Shown one piece after another: positions 1-22,071 of a stretch of DNA of 64,000 nt. Each line of letters opens with the position of its first letter. The first letter of the stretch is position 1. The translations under genes were made by a program, and so were the position numbers. The notes beneath the pieces are model-generated. The model saw only the letters and a program-made list of their open reading frames with translations, did no database searches and was not told where the DNA came from. The stretch is from Amoebidium appalachense (lineage: Eukaryota; Protista; Ichthyosporea): NCBI GenBank assembly GCA_963693365.1, contig CAVNZM010000001.1, forward strand, positions 3,984,907 to 4,048,906, in the 5' to 3' direction.

Positions 1-116
1 CTACGTGTTGCTGATGTTGCATACTTGCCTGCTTGCTTTTTCTTGAGATTTGCTTCTCTTGTGCCCTGTGCCGTGCTTCTCACCGTGTAGCTGTACTTCA
101 TGCCCTGTTGCCCATT

Positions 117-161
<45 letters not shown>

Positions 162-385
162 ACGGGGGCTTTTTTTTTTTTGGAGCCATCTGTACCCCAC
201 TGACGACACGTTTTGGTCTCTGGACCATGTTTTTTTTTGGTCGTGCATCCTGTGTTTCGTTTTGCATGCCTTTCTAGGGGTGATAAGACCCGCCCCTTCC
301 CCCCTTTCCCGCCCACGTTTCCACCTTGCTTGGAGTGATTGCAGCCTTTATTCAGGCACCCAAACAAAATCATTCACGTCCCCCC

Positions 386-674
386 GCTTACTGCTGCAAC
401 TTTAACCCCCGGCCTTTCCCACTGCCCTTGCCTGCATAAGCAACCCTGCTCGTCTCTGATCAAGACGGGTGACCTACTCATGTTCAAGTGAAACAGTATC
501 TGAGTTGGGTTTCGTTAACGAGGGGAATAGGTCGAAACTCGGGTACTGTGGATGACGTGGGCCCCCCCTGAGGATGGGCTCTGCTTATTATGCATACTCT
601 TTATGTATGGCTTGCATTCTGCATCGTGTTATCCGTTTGTTCTTGTGTACTTCGTACTTTTTGACGCATTCAAA
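386..674 (+). repeat. Intronic dispersed repeat, long copy (near-identical to 34338-34623)
   Basis: Direct comparison with 34338-34623 shows only two small indels over ~289 bp. Ends in GCATTCAAAC followed by poly(C). Confidence 0.9.
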
Positions 675-783
675 CCCCCCCCCCCCCCCCCCCCCCCTTC
701 ATGGCCCAACCATCCTGCCAATCACCCCCACCACATACATGTGTAGGCCTGTGTGCTAATGATCATATGGGTGGGGCTTGCAG

Positions 784-9844
<9,061 letters not shown>

Positions 9845-10039
9845 TTGCGGTAGTGGTGGTAGGTGTAGGGTAGGCTTAAGACTTTTAAGTGCTTGTCGTT
9901 GAACTTATGGTAGTGGTTGTGGCATGGTTTGAGAGAGAGCAGCACCGTAGGGTTTGTGTGGTGTAGACTACTATGAATTGATGTACATAAGCTGGCATGG
10001 TCCATGAATATATTGTGTTGCTTTTGTTTTTACCTTTTT

Positions 10040-10080
<41 letters not shown>

Positions 10081-10805
10081 CGGTTCATAACTGACACACA
10101 CAGGCACACACACAGGTACACACGATCACAGACACACATGCACACGCGCGCGCACACACACACGGTCACACACACCCAGTGCCACAATTAGAAGCCTCCC
10201 CAATTGCAATGGAATTCAGGATAACTCGAGCATTATGGTTGTTGATTCGGATGTTGAAGTTGGATAAACCGGTCTCCCACCACTTTCTCTTTGTATATAA
10301 CAGTTGTTGTAATCACCAGATTGTGGTGCCTGGACCACGAGTCATGCACCGTTTTGTGTAACAAAGTGATAATAAATGAATGATGCTATGATGATCATGG
10401 GGTGTGCCGGAATTGAAAATTATGCATATGACGTGCACCGAGGCTCCAGCCCCTCGTGCGCGTGGGATTTAGATATGCACATGTGAACCTAATTATCCCT
10501 CCCCCTCCCTCCCCCCTCCCCTGCCGCCGACTCTCTTCCCCCTCCCAGCCCAGCCCCCTATAGATTCTCGAGGCCGGCCGTGGGGTGTACGATATATTGG
10601 CACACAGACACGTGCACACGTGTCACCCGCACACATGCGCGCACGCACAAACACCGTGCACAGACATGCGCATAACCACGTGGCACACAAGCACATGTGT
10701 ACACGCACATGCATTATGGACAGACATCCATGTGCATCGATACCTGGTGCTGCAACCTAATACGGCCATATAAACACAAACACTCAGTGCCAAACACACA
10801 CACAG

Positions 10806-10858
<53 letters not shown>

Positions 10859-12645
10859 GGACATGTGCATCTGGCACAATGACGAACACACACGTGCACT
10901 GGCATGGCAGACATACATATCCAGCGCTGACTGATCTCTGGGACGTCCAGCACTCCCTTTAAACTTTAAGTTCCACATTTTTCAAAAATAAATACTTCAC
11001 ATGCAGTACATATGGCAGACTTTAAGGAATGGTTTCAATACATATACGGGCACGGTTTATAACCGTTAGCTGATGTTTTTATAACTGTACTGCATTTACG
11101 TACTAATATTAGTTGGTTGTTTTTATTCGTATATTAGCTGAGGTGCACTAACAGCGACCCTGTGCTCGATCCGGAAAATCCGTAATCGATATCTAAATAT
11201 GCGATGCAATATTTTCCTACATAGAGGGGGCACACTTATGGGAGGTTACGTGCATGGTTTCTTACGATGTCACTGTGCTGCAGCAAGTCTGCACAAAACA
11301 CAAACACAAAAGGAAATGGCCGTTATACATATGGTAATACGTATGACTGACTACCTTCCCAAAGAGAAGCCTAAAATGCTTATTAGGCCACCGGGCCGTG
11401 CCTCGAGGGGCCGGGGCCGCGGATGATCATCGAAGAGAGTGGGGAGAAGGAGGGGGGGGGGGGGGGGGAGGGATGGGTGTGTGTGTACGTGTCTGTGTGT
11501 GACATTATTACTGTAGTTACAAATGCAGGTCCGAATACACCACTCTTGTGTGTACATGTTCAATCGTGTCGATTAAAATGGCCGTTTTATTTGCGAGCCT
11601 CGGACCTGCCAGCTCGCCTGCATGTTGTGTCCTCCTCCAAGCTAGCTATAGCCTCCAAACCAAAAACAAGAGGACAGAGCATCAACACCCACTGTGACAC
11701 ACACATATATACACCCACACACACACATGCTACAGCGGGACAGTCAGACAGACCCGCACACGCCCACACACCAAGGCATCCTCTATACTAACTTATAGGA
11801 GGCCTTGACACACACGCACACACAGGTGATATCATGATAATGATTGTTCACTTACCACACAGGCACAACACAACAAACCATAAACGTCTCACAAATGGAC
11901 AGATTGGCGTGTCAATTAATTAACGTATAGAACCAAAACCAAAAGCAAAAAAAATAGTGTTTACCCGCTACAGCAACAGTCAACAGAATCCACTGACACC
12001 GTGTATTATACACATATTTCGATATTGCCTGCCTTATCTCGCTGCACACATGATCCTAAACTTTCGCACACAAGCCCCTACACAATCGGTCGCTGCTAGG
12101 TATAGCACCCCTATACTTTGTGTGCCACATCAACATCACATAATACAGCCACCTTGCTAACACTAAGCACAACAATCTCGTATATCATTATGCATGCATG
12201 TTCATCATATAGGTCAAACCGGAAAAAGTGAGGAACAAGCAGGAGAAATCACCCCGGCATAACGTGTGTAGCCAAAATCCAAGCTGAACCAGCCGAAACC
12301 TGATCTCATTTCCTCCACCACAATGAAAACGTATAAAATGCCTGACCGTGTCGCATGGTATCAAATACATTTCTGCAATAGATGAAGGGTAACCATAAGA
12401 GTGAGCCCTGATGTTTACAAAGCAAACACACGCTTTCCCACACCTACACGCGCCTCACATGCACGTGCATACACACAGTCGGTCGCCTGACCACTCAGTC
12501 CTCAGCATATTCCTATGTACAAGGTCCCCCCCCCCCCCCCTCCCCCGCCATCTCCCTACAACACACACAAACACCCCCCCCCCCCCCCCCCCCCCCCCCC
12601 TCCCCTCCTGGCCTCCCCCAAGCTCACCCACCCCTGAAAACACAC

Positions 12646-13334
12646 CTAGATGAAGAAGTTACCCTTCCCCTCCTTCTTGTCACCCTCCCCCTCGTTTCTA
12701 TCATCCTCGGACACAGCCCGCCTCTCAGGCTGTGGCGCCTCCACCTCGACCTCTGCAGGCTCACCCTCCGTCTCGCTGTCTTCGCTCGAACTCTCGTGCC
12801 CGATCTGGAACCCCCGCTTTGCTCCCTCGGTAGCTTCTTCCTCGACCTCTTCGTTTTCTTCCTTGATCGTGGCGTCGGCGGATTTGATGGTGAACTCAAA
12901 GTCTTTGAACATTTCGGCTTCCCCAGGGTGGCCCGAGCCGGGGTTGCGGGGTCTGTGTTTGTGACGATATGTGTGTGTGTGTGTGTGTGCGTGTGTGTTT
13001 GTGCACGCGCGCGTGTTTGTGCATGTGCTAGTGTGCGTGCACACGTGCGAATGAGGCACGTGTGCGTACGTGCGTGCGAGTGCGTGTGTATGTGCGTCCC
13101 GTGGAGAAAGACAGCGGGGGGAAGGGCGGGGCGGAAAAGCGGTTAATGCCTTTGCCCATGCAAATTTTCAGTTTCACATACAGCCGGTTCGTGATGTTCG
13201 ACCTACCAGGGTGAAGAGAGACACAGGACACAGCATGCGGCATTGCAAACTGCAGGCACGTACCACAACAAAGGAGTGGGAAGAGCTTGGGTGAACACGA
13301 CATGCCACCAGAGTGAGAGGAGGAGTTGCGCAAA

Positions 13335-13365
<31 letters not shown>

Positions 13366-14135
13366 GGGAGGGCTTCAGGAAAGAAAGAAGGACAAAAGGA
13401 CGGCAGTAAAAAAAATAACCCCCTCCCCCCCCCCCCCCCCTTCACACCACCACCCAACACACACACACCCACACACACACACAAGCAAAAGGAAAAAGCA
13501 GGCAAAAAAAAGCAAAGAGAGAACCAGCAGCAACACAGAAGGGTGTGTGTGTGGTTAGAATGCATTACGACGTAAAAAGCACACATTCATGACAGGCAAC
13601 ACAACGCAGAGCGCAAAGCACACAGAATATGCATCATAAGCAGTGCCCATCGTCAGAGGGGCCCAAATCGTACACAGGAGAGGGAGTTAAGCGTGCTACA
13701 CGTTACAACAGACAGTTTCACTACTGAGAACACAGCACACACATGGAAAATCCAACACACTCGCACAATCATCACACATGTTACAACAAAACACGAACAA
13801 TACAAGGTTTCAAGCGCTACATACTTGAGAGGCATGTTGCCCTGGATGTTGACCGTGCCCTTCTTCACCTTGTGCAGTTTAGGCGCCTTAACCTCCATGC
13901 GCAGCATAGCGTCCCAGTCCACCCCCTTAAACCACCTGTGATCTTTAATCTCCTGCATGCCCTTGTGTGCGCCCAATCGTTTCTTCGGATCTACTTCCAA
14001 AAGTGCCAAAATTAGGTCTTTAGCCTCTGGGGCGATGTCTTTGGGGAACGACACGCGCCCAGCGAGAATGTCGTCGTAGCGGTTGCGGCCGGTGCGGGGG
14101 TCAACGGTCATGAAGGGGGCATGGCCAACCAGTAG

Positions 14136-14206
<71 letters not shown>

Positions 14207-14266
14207 GGAGAAAGGTAGTAGGTGTGTGTGTGAGTGTGAGTGTGTGTGTGTGAAGGAGAAAGGTAG

Positions 14267-14313
<47 letters not shown>

Positions 14314-14351
14314 AAGGGGAAAGGTAGTAGGTGTGTGTGTGTGTGTTTGTT

Positions 14352-14439
<88 letters not shown>

Positions 14440-15133
14440 GGGTGGGTAGGGAGTAGAGAAAGGAAAAAAAGATAAAGAACAGGAGGTTAGATGCCTGTAT
14501 CATGACAAACAGTCCACGTATCTGCAGCAAAACAGATCCACACAAGCACCACGGAGAGGACGGGACTTAAGTCTTCAATGATGGCTTCTAATAGCAGATA
14601 CCTATTCGAAGAAATAGCCCGAGCCAGATTCCTCCTCGTTTTAGACGACCCCTCCCCCTCCCCCCCCCCCCCCCCCCCCCCCAACCACAAAACACACACT
14701 TCCATCATCGCCCCTTCCATATTCCTTTTATCGCCGAAGCAGTTTGTATAATCACCCACCCTACCCTTCCCCAACACCAGCCCCACCTTACCAATTTAAA
14801 CATCCCCGACCCCATCAACCCTAGTGTCCGTTTTGCCGTCCCATCCACCCAAACACCCACTTACACACCCATCCAGCCAACCATTCATTTACCCCCCCCC
14901 CTCCCCTCCCCCCACCCCCAAAAAAAGAAAGAGAGAGAGAAAGAAAAAGCAGGGAGGGGGGGGGGGGGGGGGGTTTGAATGCGGAACACAGTACGAAGTA
15001 CGCATACACGATGAGAAGCATGGTGCAGGACACATGCAAAGGCAAACATTCAAGTATGCAGCATCAGCCATGCGCACAGTATGCGTCATAAGCAGAGCCC
15101 ATCCTCAGGGAGGGCCCAAGTCATCATGGGGGG

Positions 15134-15171
<38 letters not shown>

Positions 15172-16151
15172 GGAAAAAAGCCCCCCCCCCCCCCCCCCCC
15201 CCTCACCCCCCCCCCCCCCCACCCACACACTTACCTCATATATCAGCACACCCAGGGCCCAATAATCCGCCTCGATGCCATAGCCCTGGTTCCTAATGAC
15301 CTCAGGTGCAAGGTAGTCAGGTGTACCACAGAATGTATAAGTCCTCTCGTCCTCTTCGAGGTGTTTGGCAAACCCAAAATCAATGATCTTCACGTGCCCG
15401 GATTCATCTAGAAGCATGTTCTCTGGCTTGATGTCGCGGTAGACAATGTGTTCCATTTCGTGCATGTGCTGGAGTGCGAGCAGGACTTCACAGATGTAGA
15501 AACGGGCACGTTTTTCGCTGAAGCGGTGGTTTTGGGCGGCACGGAGGTGTGCGAAGAGTTCGCCTCCAGCTACGTACTCCATGACGAAGTAGAGACAGTC
15601 GGCATCCTAGGGTGTGTGTGTGTGTGTGTGTACGTGTGTACGTGTACAGATGTGTGTACGTGTGTAGGTGTGTGTGTGTGTGTGTACGTGTACAGATGTG
15701 TGTACGTGTACAGATGTGTGTACGTGTGTAGTGTGTGTAGTGTGTGTGTGTGTGTGTACGTGTACAGATGTGTGTACGTGTGTAGTGTGTGTGTGTGTGT
15801 GTACGTGTACAGATGTGTGTACGTGTACAGATGTGTGTACGTGTGTAGTGTGTGTGTGTGTGTGCACGCGCACGGGCGAATGTGTGTGTGTGTGTGTGTG
15901 AGCAAGTCAGTGCATGTATGAGTGCAGGCCTGAAGCTCACGTGCCTGTGCTTCCATTTTGTAGTTCATTATGAGTGAAGAGTATGCATATCGGTGTGAAT
16001 TAGCAAATGTACAAGTGCATATGGGTGTTTGTGCTGAACCTAAAAAACATGACTTGAGCAATTTTCGCCAGCACACAACCCATTCCTCTCATCTGCTCGC
16101 ACCAACATCAGACCGACCATGCATGCCGTTAGTGAACAGACGGAAATGACA

Positions 16152-16198
<47 letters not shown>

Positions 16199-16645
16199 AA
16201 AACCCCCCGCACACAAACTCCTCGCACGACCACCCACACTCACACACCTGAAAGCAGCCCACGGCATGGACCACAAAGGGACACTTGTGCTCAGCCAGGT
16301 TCTTAAGGGCATCCTTCTCGTCTTTAAGGTGCTGCCTCTGCTTGTCCTTCTTGATGTGTCTCTTCTCGATGGCCTTAAGAACCACCTTCTGACCGGACAG
16401 GGGGTGCTTGCACAGCAGCACACGGCCAAACGCACCAGACCCAATCTGCTTGATGATCTCAAACTGCGAGATGTCGTATTTGAACCCGGGCTCGTTGGCT
16501 AGTTGCTCAAGTACCTGAGTGGGAGGGAGAGGGGGCAGGGGGAAAAGGGAGGGGAAGGGGGTGACGTTAGAACGTTACAGAGGGAGGAGCAAGTGTGTGT
16601 GTGTGTGTACGATTGTAAATTAATGTGTGTGTGTTTGTGTTTGTT

Positions 16646-16689
<44 letters not shown>

Positions 16690-17122
16690 CACACACACAC
16701 ATCCACACACATGTCTATGAGTGCATTGCATGTGTTAGTGTGAAAGGAGAGATGTATGTGTGTATGTGCACTTGTACATGTACACGCGTATGTGTGCGTG
16801 TGTGTGTGTGCAGATCTCCGTTTATGTGCAGATATGCATGTGTGATTTAGTGTATGCAGCCATGCACGTGCATCTGTCCGAATTCGTCTGTGTGAGCCTC
16901 TGCATCTGGGTTTCATGCATCCAATCTACATAGACACCCATTGGGTATTGGTCCAATACATGTGTGCATGTTGCTCATTGAGCTTAGCTACTGCTAGCAC
17001 CTACAAGAGGTGCGTGTGTTTCCGAGGTGTATTTGGCTGTGCACAAACACATGTACATGCAAGTGTATCTGTGGGTGAACGTGGAAGAATATTTGACTGT
17101 GAACGTGCATGCATGCGGGCTG

Positions 17123-17178
<56 letters not shown>

Positions 17179-17858
17179 GTGAGTGTGTGAGTGTGTGAGT
17201 GTGTGTGTGCGCACGCGCACACGCGCGTGTTTACACGTGGGTGTGCGTTTACGAGCGCGTCTCCCTGTGTATGTGAGTGTTCACTGAGATGTGCGTGCAG
17301 TGAGCATACGGTTGTGTGCACTAAATGACTTACACAACCTGGTGTCCGTGCCTACGTCCATATGTGCACTTGTTCCAACCCTCGCATACCTCCCCCCCCC
17401 CCCCCTCCCCCCGAGAAAAAAATCCACGCCGCACCACCACACCACCACCATGAACTCACCACCCACCCACACCACCAACGCCACGCACATCCATGCACCC
17501 CTACCCCATCCCACATCCTCCCCCCCCCCCCCCCCCCTCCCCCCCCCCCCTCCCTCGCCTCCACCCACCCACCCACCCACCCACCCACCCACCCGCCTAC
17601 CCACGCACCTGCCAGCTCTTGCTGTTCTCATGGTGCCCCGAGAAGCCCAGCCTCTGAGCAAAGTTCCCGAAGGAGTGGGAGGTGCGTATGCCCCCCTGTG
17701 CCTCCTGGTTGAACGTGCCCACACTCTTGGCCCTCCTCACACCCTCCTCCGAGGGCTTGCGCTGCTGCGCATTGCCAACCTCTTTGTAGCTTTTGGCTCG
17801 GCGGAAGTGGTCCTCCATGCTCGACCCCTACACGGGCACACATGAAACATGTTAATGG

Positions 17859-17899
<41 letters not shown>

Positions 17900-18501
17900 T
17901 GTGTGTGCGTGTGGTGGTGGTGAGTGGGTGGGTGGGTGGGTGGGTGGGTGGGTGGGTGGGTGGATGGGGGGGGGGGGGGGGGGGGGAAGGAGAAGGGGGA
18001 AGATATGTGGGGAAGGGGAAAGAAGGCGGGGTTAAGGGTGTGATGAGGCCACGTGTTCGTCTCCAGGACAAAAAGAGGGTGATAGTGTGTAGGTGGGCAC
18101 AGACGAATGTGTGTGTGCGTGTGTGTATGGGTGTGTGCCGATATATGTGTTGCGCGTGTGGTGTCTGTGTGTATGAGTGTGTAAGTGTGTGTGTACTCAC
18201 ACACATGTGTGTATGTGTGTGCCGAGGTGCTTGTGTATGCATATATGTGTGTCAGTGTTTGTGTCATGAACGGCCCGTGGGATGTGTCCACCTCATGTAT
18301 GTGTCCGTTAATTTGCATGTTGAGTGTGAGGGACAATATAAGCACCATGAAAGCCATTAAACCTAGAACTGAGATTAAAACAATGCTTAAACCAAAAGAC
18401 AGCCATAGGGCGGGAAAGAGAAGCGGGGGGGTGGTGACGGTGGCAGGGACGGATGGAAGGGAGGGAGGGAGGGGGGGAGGAGGGGAGGAGGGGAGGAGAA
18501 G

Positions 18502-18539
<38 letters not shown>

Positions 18540-18782
18540 GAGAGCGAGAGAGAGAGGGGGGGGGGGGGGGGGGGGGGAGGGAGGGAGAGAGAGGGAGGGA
18601 GGGAGAGAGGGAGAGAGGGCCTGGGGATGAAAGGATGGAGGGAGGGAGGGAGGGATAGAGACAGGGAGAGAGGGGGGGGGAGAGGGGAAGAGAAAGAAAA
18701 CCTTTGTAAGATTATACATCTGCCACCGTATTACGGCAGGAACACCTACCGTTTGGGAGGAGGCGCTCTGAGAAGATGCCAT
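12646..18782 (-). CDS. PKA catalytic-subunit/PRKX-like AGC Ser/Thr kinase, 6 coding exons
   Basis: Exons (minus): 18782-18750, 17827-17609, 16514-16248, 15606-15235, 14135-13825, 12952-12646. Motifs [56 protein letters not shown] and hydrophobic motif FKDF. The first exon is less certain. Confidence 0.88.
13585..13663 (-). repeat. Intronic dispersed repeat, diverged copy
   Basis: Reverse complement reads GGGCCCCTCTGACGATGGGCACTGCTTATGATGCATATTCTGTGTGCTTTGCGCTCTGCGTTGTGTTGCC, homologous to the family core. Confidence 0.7.
14973..15127 (-). repeat. Intronic dispersed repeat copy
   Basis: Reverse complement is highly similar to 29268-29422 and 44979-45132 (ATGATGACTTGGGCCCTCCCTGAGGATGGGCTCTGCTTATGACGCATAC...CCGCATTCAAAC followed by poly(C)). 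Confidence 0.9.
15612..15865. repeat. Complex minisatellite (GTGTACGTGTACAGATGT units mixed with (GT)n) in kinase intron
   Basis: Visible tandem reiteration of the unit. Confidence 0.8.
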
Positions 18783-20407
18783 TTTCCCGCCATTTTTCTG
18801 TTCACGAGAAAGGGGGTACGGCCAGTCATTAGCCACAACATGAAGGACAAGAAAGCACAGCACAAAGCAGTGATCTAAGCGACAAGTACACTCTAATTAG
18901 AGACAAGAAGGGAAAGGGCCCAGGGAGTCTCTGAGCGAGCCCGGGAAGGAGGGGGAGGAGGGGGGAATGTCGGGTTATAGTATGAAGTACGAACACACAC
19001 GGCAAGACATCGTGATGCAGCAAACAAAAACACATAATAACAAAGGCGATAGTGCACATTCATTGGCCAGCCTCCTTCTCGCATAGGCGTATTAGGCTCA
19101 GACTACACGTTCGAGATCACAGGGCGGAACGGAATCAACACTCCCATGCAGTAGACCAACACGTAGGGTGGGGCGGAAATAGAATAAGGGGAGCAGAATG
19201 TGAACAACCCCAAGAGGGGGCCAATCCGTATCTTTCTTTGCATGGAGAGTGGGGAGCAGTGTGTGCTAGGTCGATGTAAAACAGGCAAATAGCCTGCAAT
19301 ATGTTGTTAAGCCTTTGAAAAGAAGTGGACCATTATTAATTCCATGCACGCGGTATGAAGCTAACCTGACTCTTGCTGCCTGGACACAAGCCAAGAAAAC
19401 AGAGATGAACGCAGTATAATTTCCTTCCGTGGAAACAAACAAAAAGTTGAGAAGTATGAAAAACTATGTCCCTCAGTTCAAAGGCTCTTTCACGTGAACA
19501 TATACCACAGAGTAAGGAACACAACCCACCTCGGCTTCCCTCTCTTTCCTCTTGTCCTTGTCCTTCAGTTTTTCAATAAGTTTCATCATCTTTGCGGTTT
19601 TTCAGTTGCCGCAACAGCCCCGAATGCTACCTTTTTGCGTGCTCAAACGGCGTGTAAAGACCCTGCCGCGATATCCTTAACGCAGTGTCACACATGGGGC
19701 AAACCCGAACGTTAACCCAACCCTTAATGTTGCGCCGTCACACAGATGCGAAGAAGTAATTTGCCTGTTGGGTTCAACTGTTCAAGCGCGCCAGGAACAG
19801 CAACACTACAACAGTCAGCAGCAAGCTCTATAGTACGTATAATTAACGCCAAATAAAATAATCACGTCCGGAACGCTAGGTAGCGAGGAACAACAGACTG
19901 GGGATGCAAAATCCGACCACTGTGTCTCAAAGGAAGTTGAAACTGTGGCTTAGAAATTGGTCGGCACGCGCTGTAACCCGACCCAACCTTGCAAGAACAG
20001 AGACAGCTATACAGACAACTAAGCACACACTATAGTTGGCATTGATTACTTCAAACAACTCGCTACATATATTATTTCGAAGAAGCCTGGTTGTGTGGAA
20101 AAAGAAAATAGACTTCGAAAGTGTGAACGACACCTGATCAGGTCCCCCTGCCGGTCTCTTGTTCTGGTTCGGATTCGATTCGCCTGTGATCCACAAACAT
20201 ATAAAGCAAATCGAGTATAAGTTACCTGTCAGAGCAGAAATGTTTGTTCGATCAATATATATGTGCTAGTATAAGTACACCACGTACTTCAACCCAATAA
20301 AGTATAAGCAAGGAACCGAACAAAGGCATGTGCCGCACAAGGAAGGGCGTAATCGATTCGATTCGGCGATCTGGATCCTGCGTTATTATTGGAGCGATAA
20401 ATAGCAA

Positions 20408-20465
20408 CCAATCAGAAAATACATAAATACGGCTATATTTAGAATTTCCTAATCCTGTGACGTCA
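20408..20465. promoter_or_regulatory. CCAAT box and CRE (TGACGTCA), candidate upstream elements of the kinase gene
   Basis: CCAAT at 20408-20412 and TGACGTCA at 20458-20465 in a microsatellite-free region 5' of the minus-strand kinase. Motif match only. Confidence 0.35.
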
Positions 20466-20677
20466 CTCTACGTCACCGTTCTTTGCTTACACGAGGCTCT
20501 TTGCTAGCCGAGAGTTTTCGTGGGACTAGCCTAATGAAATGATAGCAGCATACGTGCAGAAGTCTATCCCCCCCCCCCCCCCCCCCCCCCCCTTCGCCCC
20601 CCACCGCGGCCCGCCCCACGCCAAGCACTCACTGTAGATCAAATACAGAAAAAAACGTAAAGGCTTCCGATGTAGTA

Positions 20678-21672
20678 TTAAGGGCAGACAAGGGCTTTGA
20701 TGGTGGCGTCAGGTAGGCCCGCTCTCTCAGCTGCAGTGGCCCCCCCTATGCGCAGGCTGTGGCCGGCGTACCGGTCGGGGTCGTAGCCCGCATGGTGTAG
20801 AGCTGTGCGGAAACCGGCGATGAAGGTGCTCTTGAGGTAAGGGCTGCCGTCGACGCTGAACAGGGGTGCATCTGGGTGGATGCCTGCCCTGGTTGACGAG
20901 ACCCCCAGGAAGAGGGCTAGATTGGCTGCTGGGCAGAAGGAAGGCTCCTCCGGGAAGGCGGGCACCCGGATGGTAACACCCTTGCCCGTGGGGTCGGTCT
21001 TAGATGTCGGCAGGAAGACTGTTGCCCCAATCAGGCGGCCATCCTGCCATAGGAGCTGGACGTCGCGACGCTTGGCGTGAAGGAGGGGGTTGAACTTGGC
21101 CGCAGATTTGGACGTGAACTCGCCCGAGCGCAGGAGGCACGAGCTGCCAAGCAGCAGGGCAGCCCACAGACGCAGGGCCTCCAATGAAGAGCCCGGTTGG
21201 ATGACTGGGAGGAGGGCGCGGAGGTCGGCTGGGAGGAGGGGCTCGAGCACTCGTTTGGGCCGGTGGCTTCCTTCCAGCAGCAGCAAGCGGCCAGCCCCGC
21301 GGATAAACCACTGAAGGCTCTGCTGGCCGGAGCCCGCTGGTGGTGCCATGCCCAAGCTGCGGTGCAGGCTGTTGACGGCGGAGACGATGCTGGGCATGGT
21401 CCGGGCTTGCACCGCACGCATGGCGCACCAGGCAAGGAACAGCTGCACTTGGGCTGGGCAGGCTGGCAGGTAGCCACCATCAGGATTGCGGCAGTCCATT
21501 GCGTAGATGAAGTCGATAAACTGGCGCTGGTAGGACGAGTAGGAGGACTCCGTGCTGTCGCCCACTGACAGCCGAGTGATGGTGCGGGCCACCTCCGGGA
21601 CACGGGCCAAAACCTCGGGGGTGAACCACTGGGCAAGCCTACCATGGTCGCCACCAAAGGGGAGCAAGCCAC
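20678..21672 (-). CDS. Tyrosine recombinase of the retrotransposon, C-terminally truncated and probably 5'-spliced
   Basis: Motifs LLRSGEF (catalytic R), SKTDPTG (K) and GHSLRIGGAT (H-x-x-R). Stops at ATIKALVCP* before the GRW..Y segment. No in-frame ATG at the 5' end. Confidence 0.85.
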
Positions 21673-22035
21673 CTGCAGGGACAGAGCTGTGTGAGCATCA
21701 TGCCTAGAGTCCCAGGGGGGGGGGGGGGGGTAAAGGCAACGAGCGGGGTGGGCGGCAGGCAAGCGGGTGCACAGGCAGGCAAACAAGGGGGGGGAGGGGG
21801 GGGGGGGGGGGGGCGTAGCTAAAGGGCAGAGGATGCATGCAGCGCTGGCAGGGAGGGCGGGGGAAGGGGAGGGGGGGGGTATGCGCGCACAAGCCGCGGT
21901 GTAGGCGTGCGTGTGTGTGCGCTAGTGTAGTGGGTGTGTATGAGCATGTGTGTGTAACACCGAGGTTAAGCATGCACGATCGAAGGGGCGGGTGGAGGGG
22001 TGGCAGGGTGGGGCTGGGGGGGTTGGGGGAGGGAA

Positions 22036-22071
<36 letters not shown>

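Noticed and set aside
405-505. Resemblance to U2 snRNA (CGGCCTTT..., TCAAGTG..AGTATCTG)
   Set aside because: The GUAGUA branch-pairing sequence is absent, the spacing is wrong and no Sm site is seen; likely chance.
14204-14332. Three AAGGAGAAAGGTAGTAGG units separated by (GT)n; similar duplicated units at 38500-38700
   Set aside because: Spacers are microsatellite rather than unique and no cas genes are present; slippage duplication, not CRISPR.
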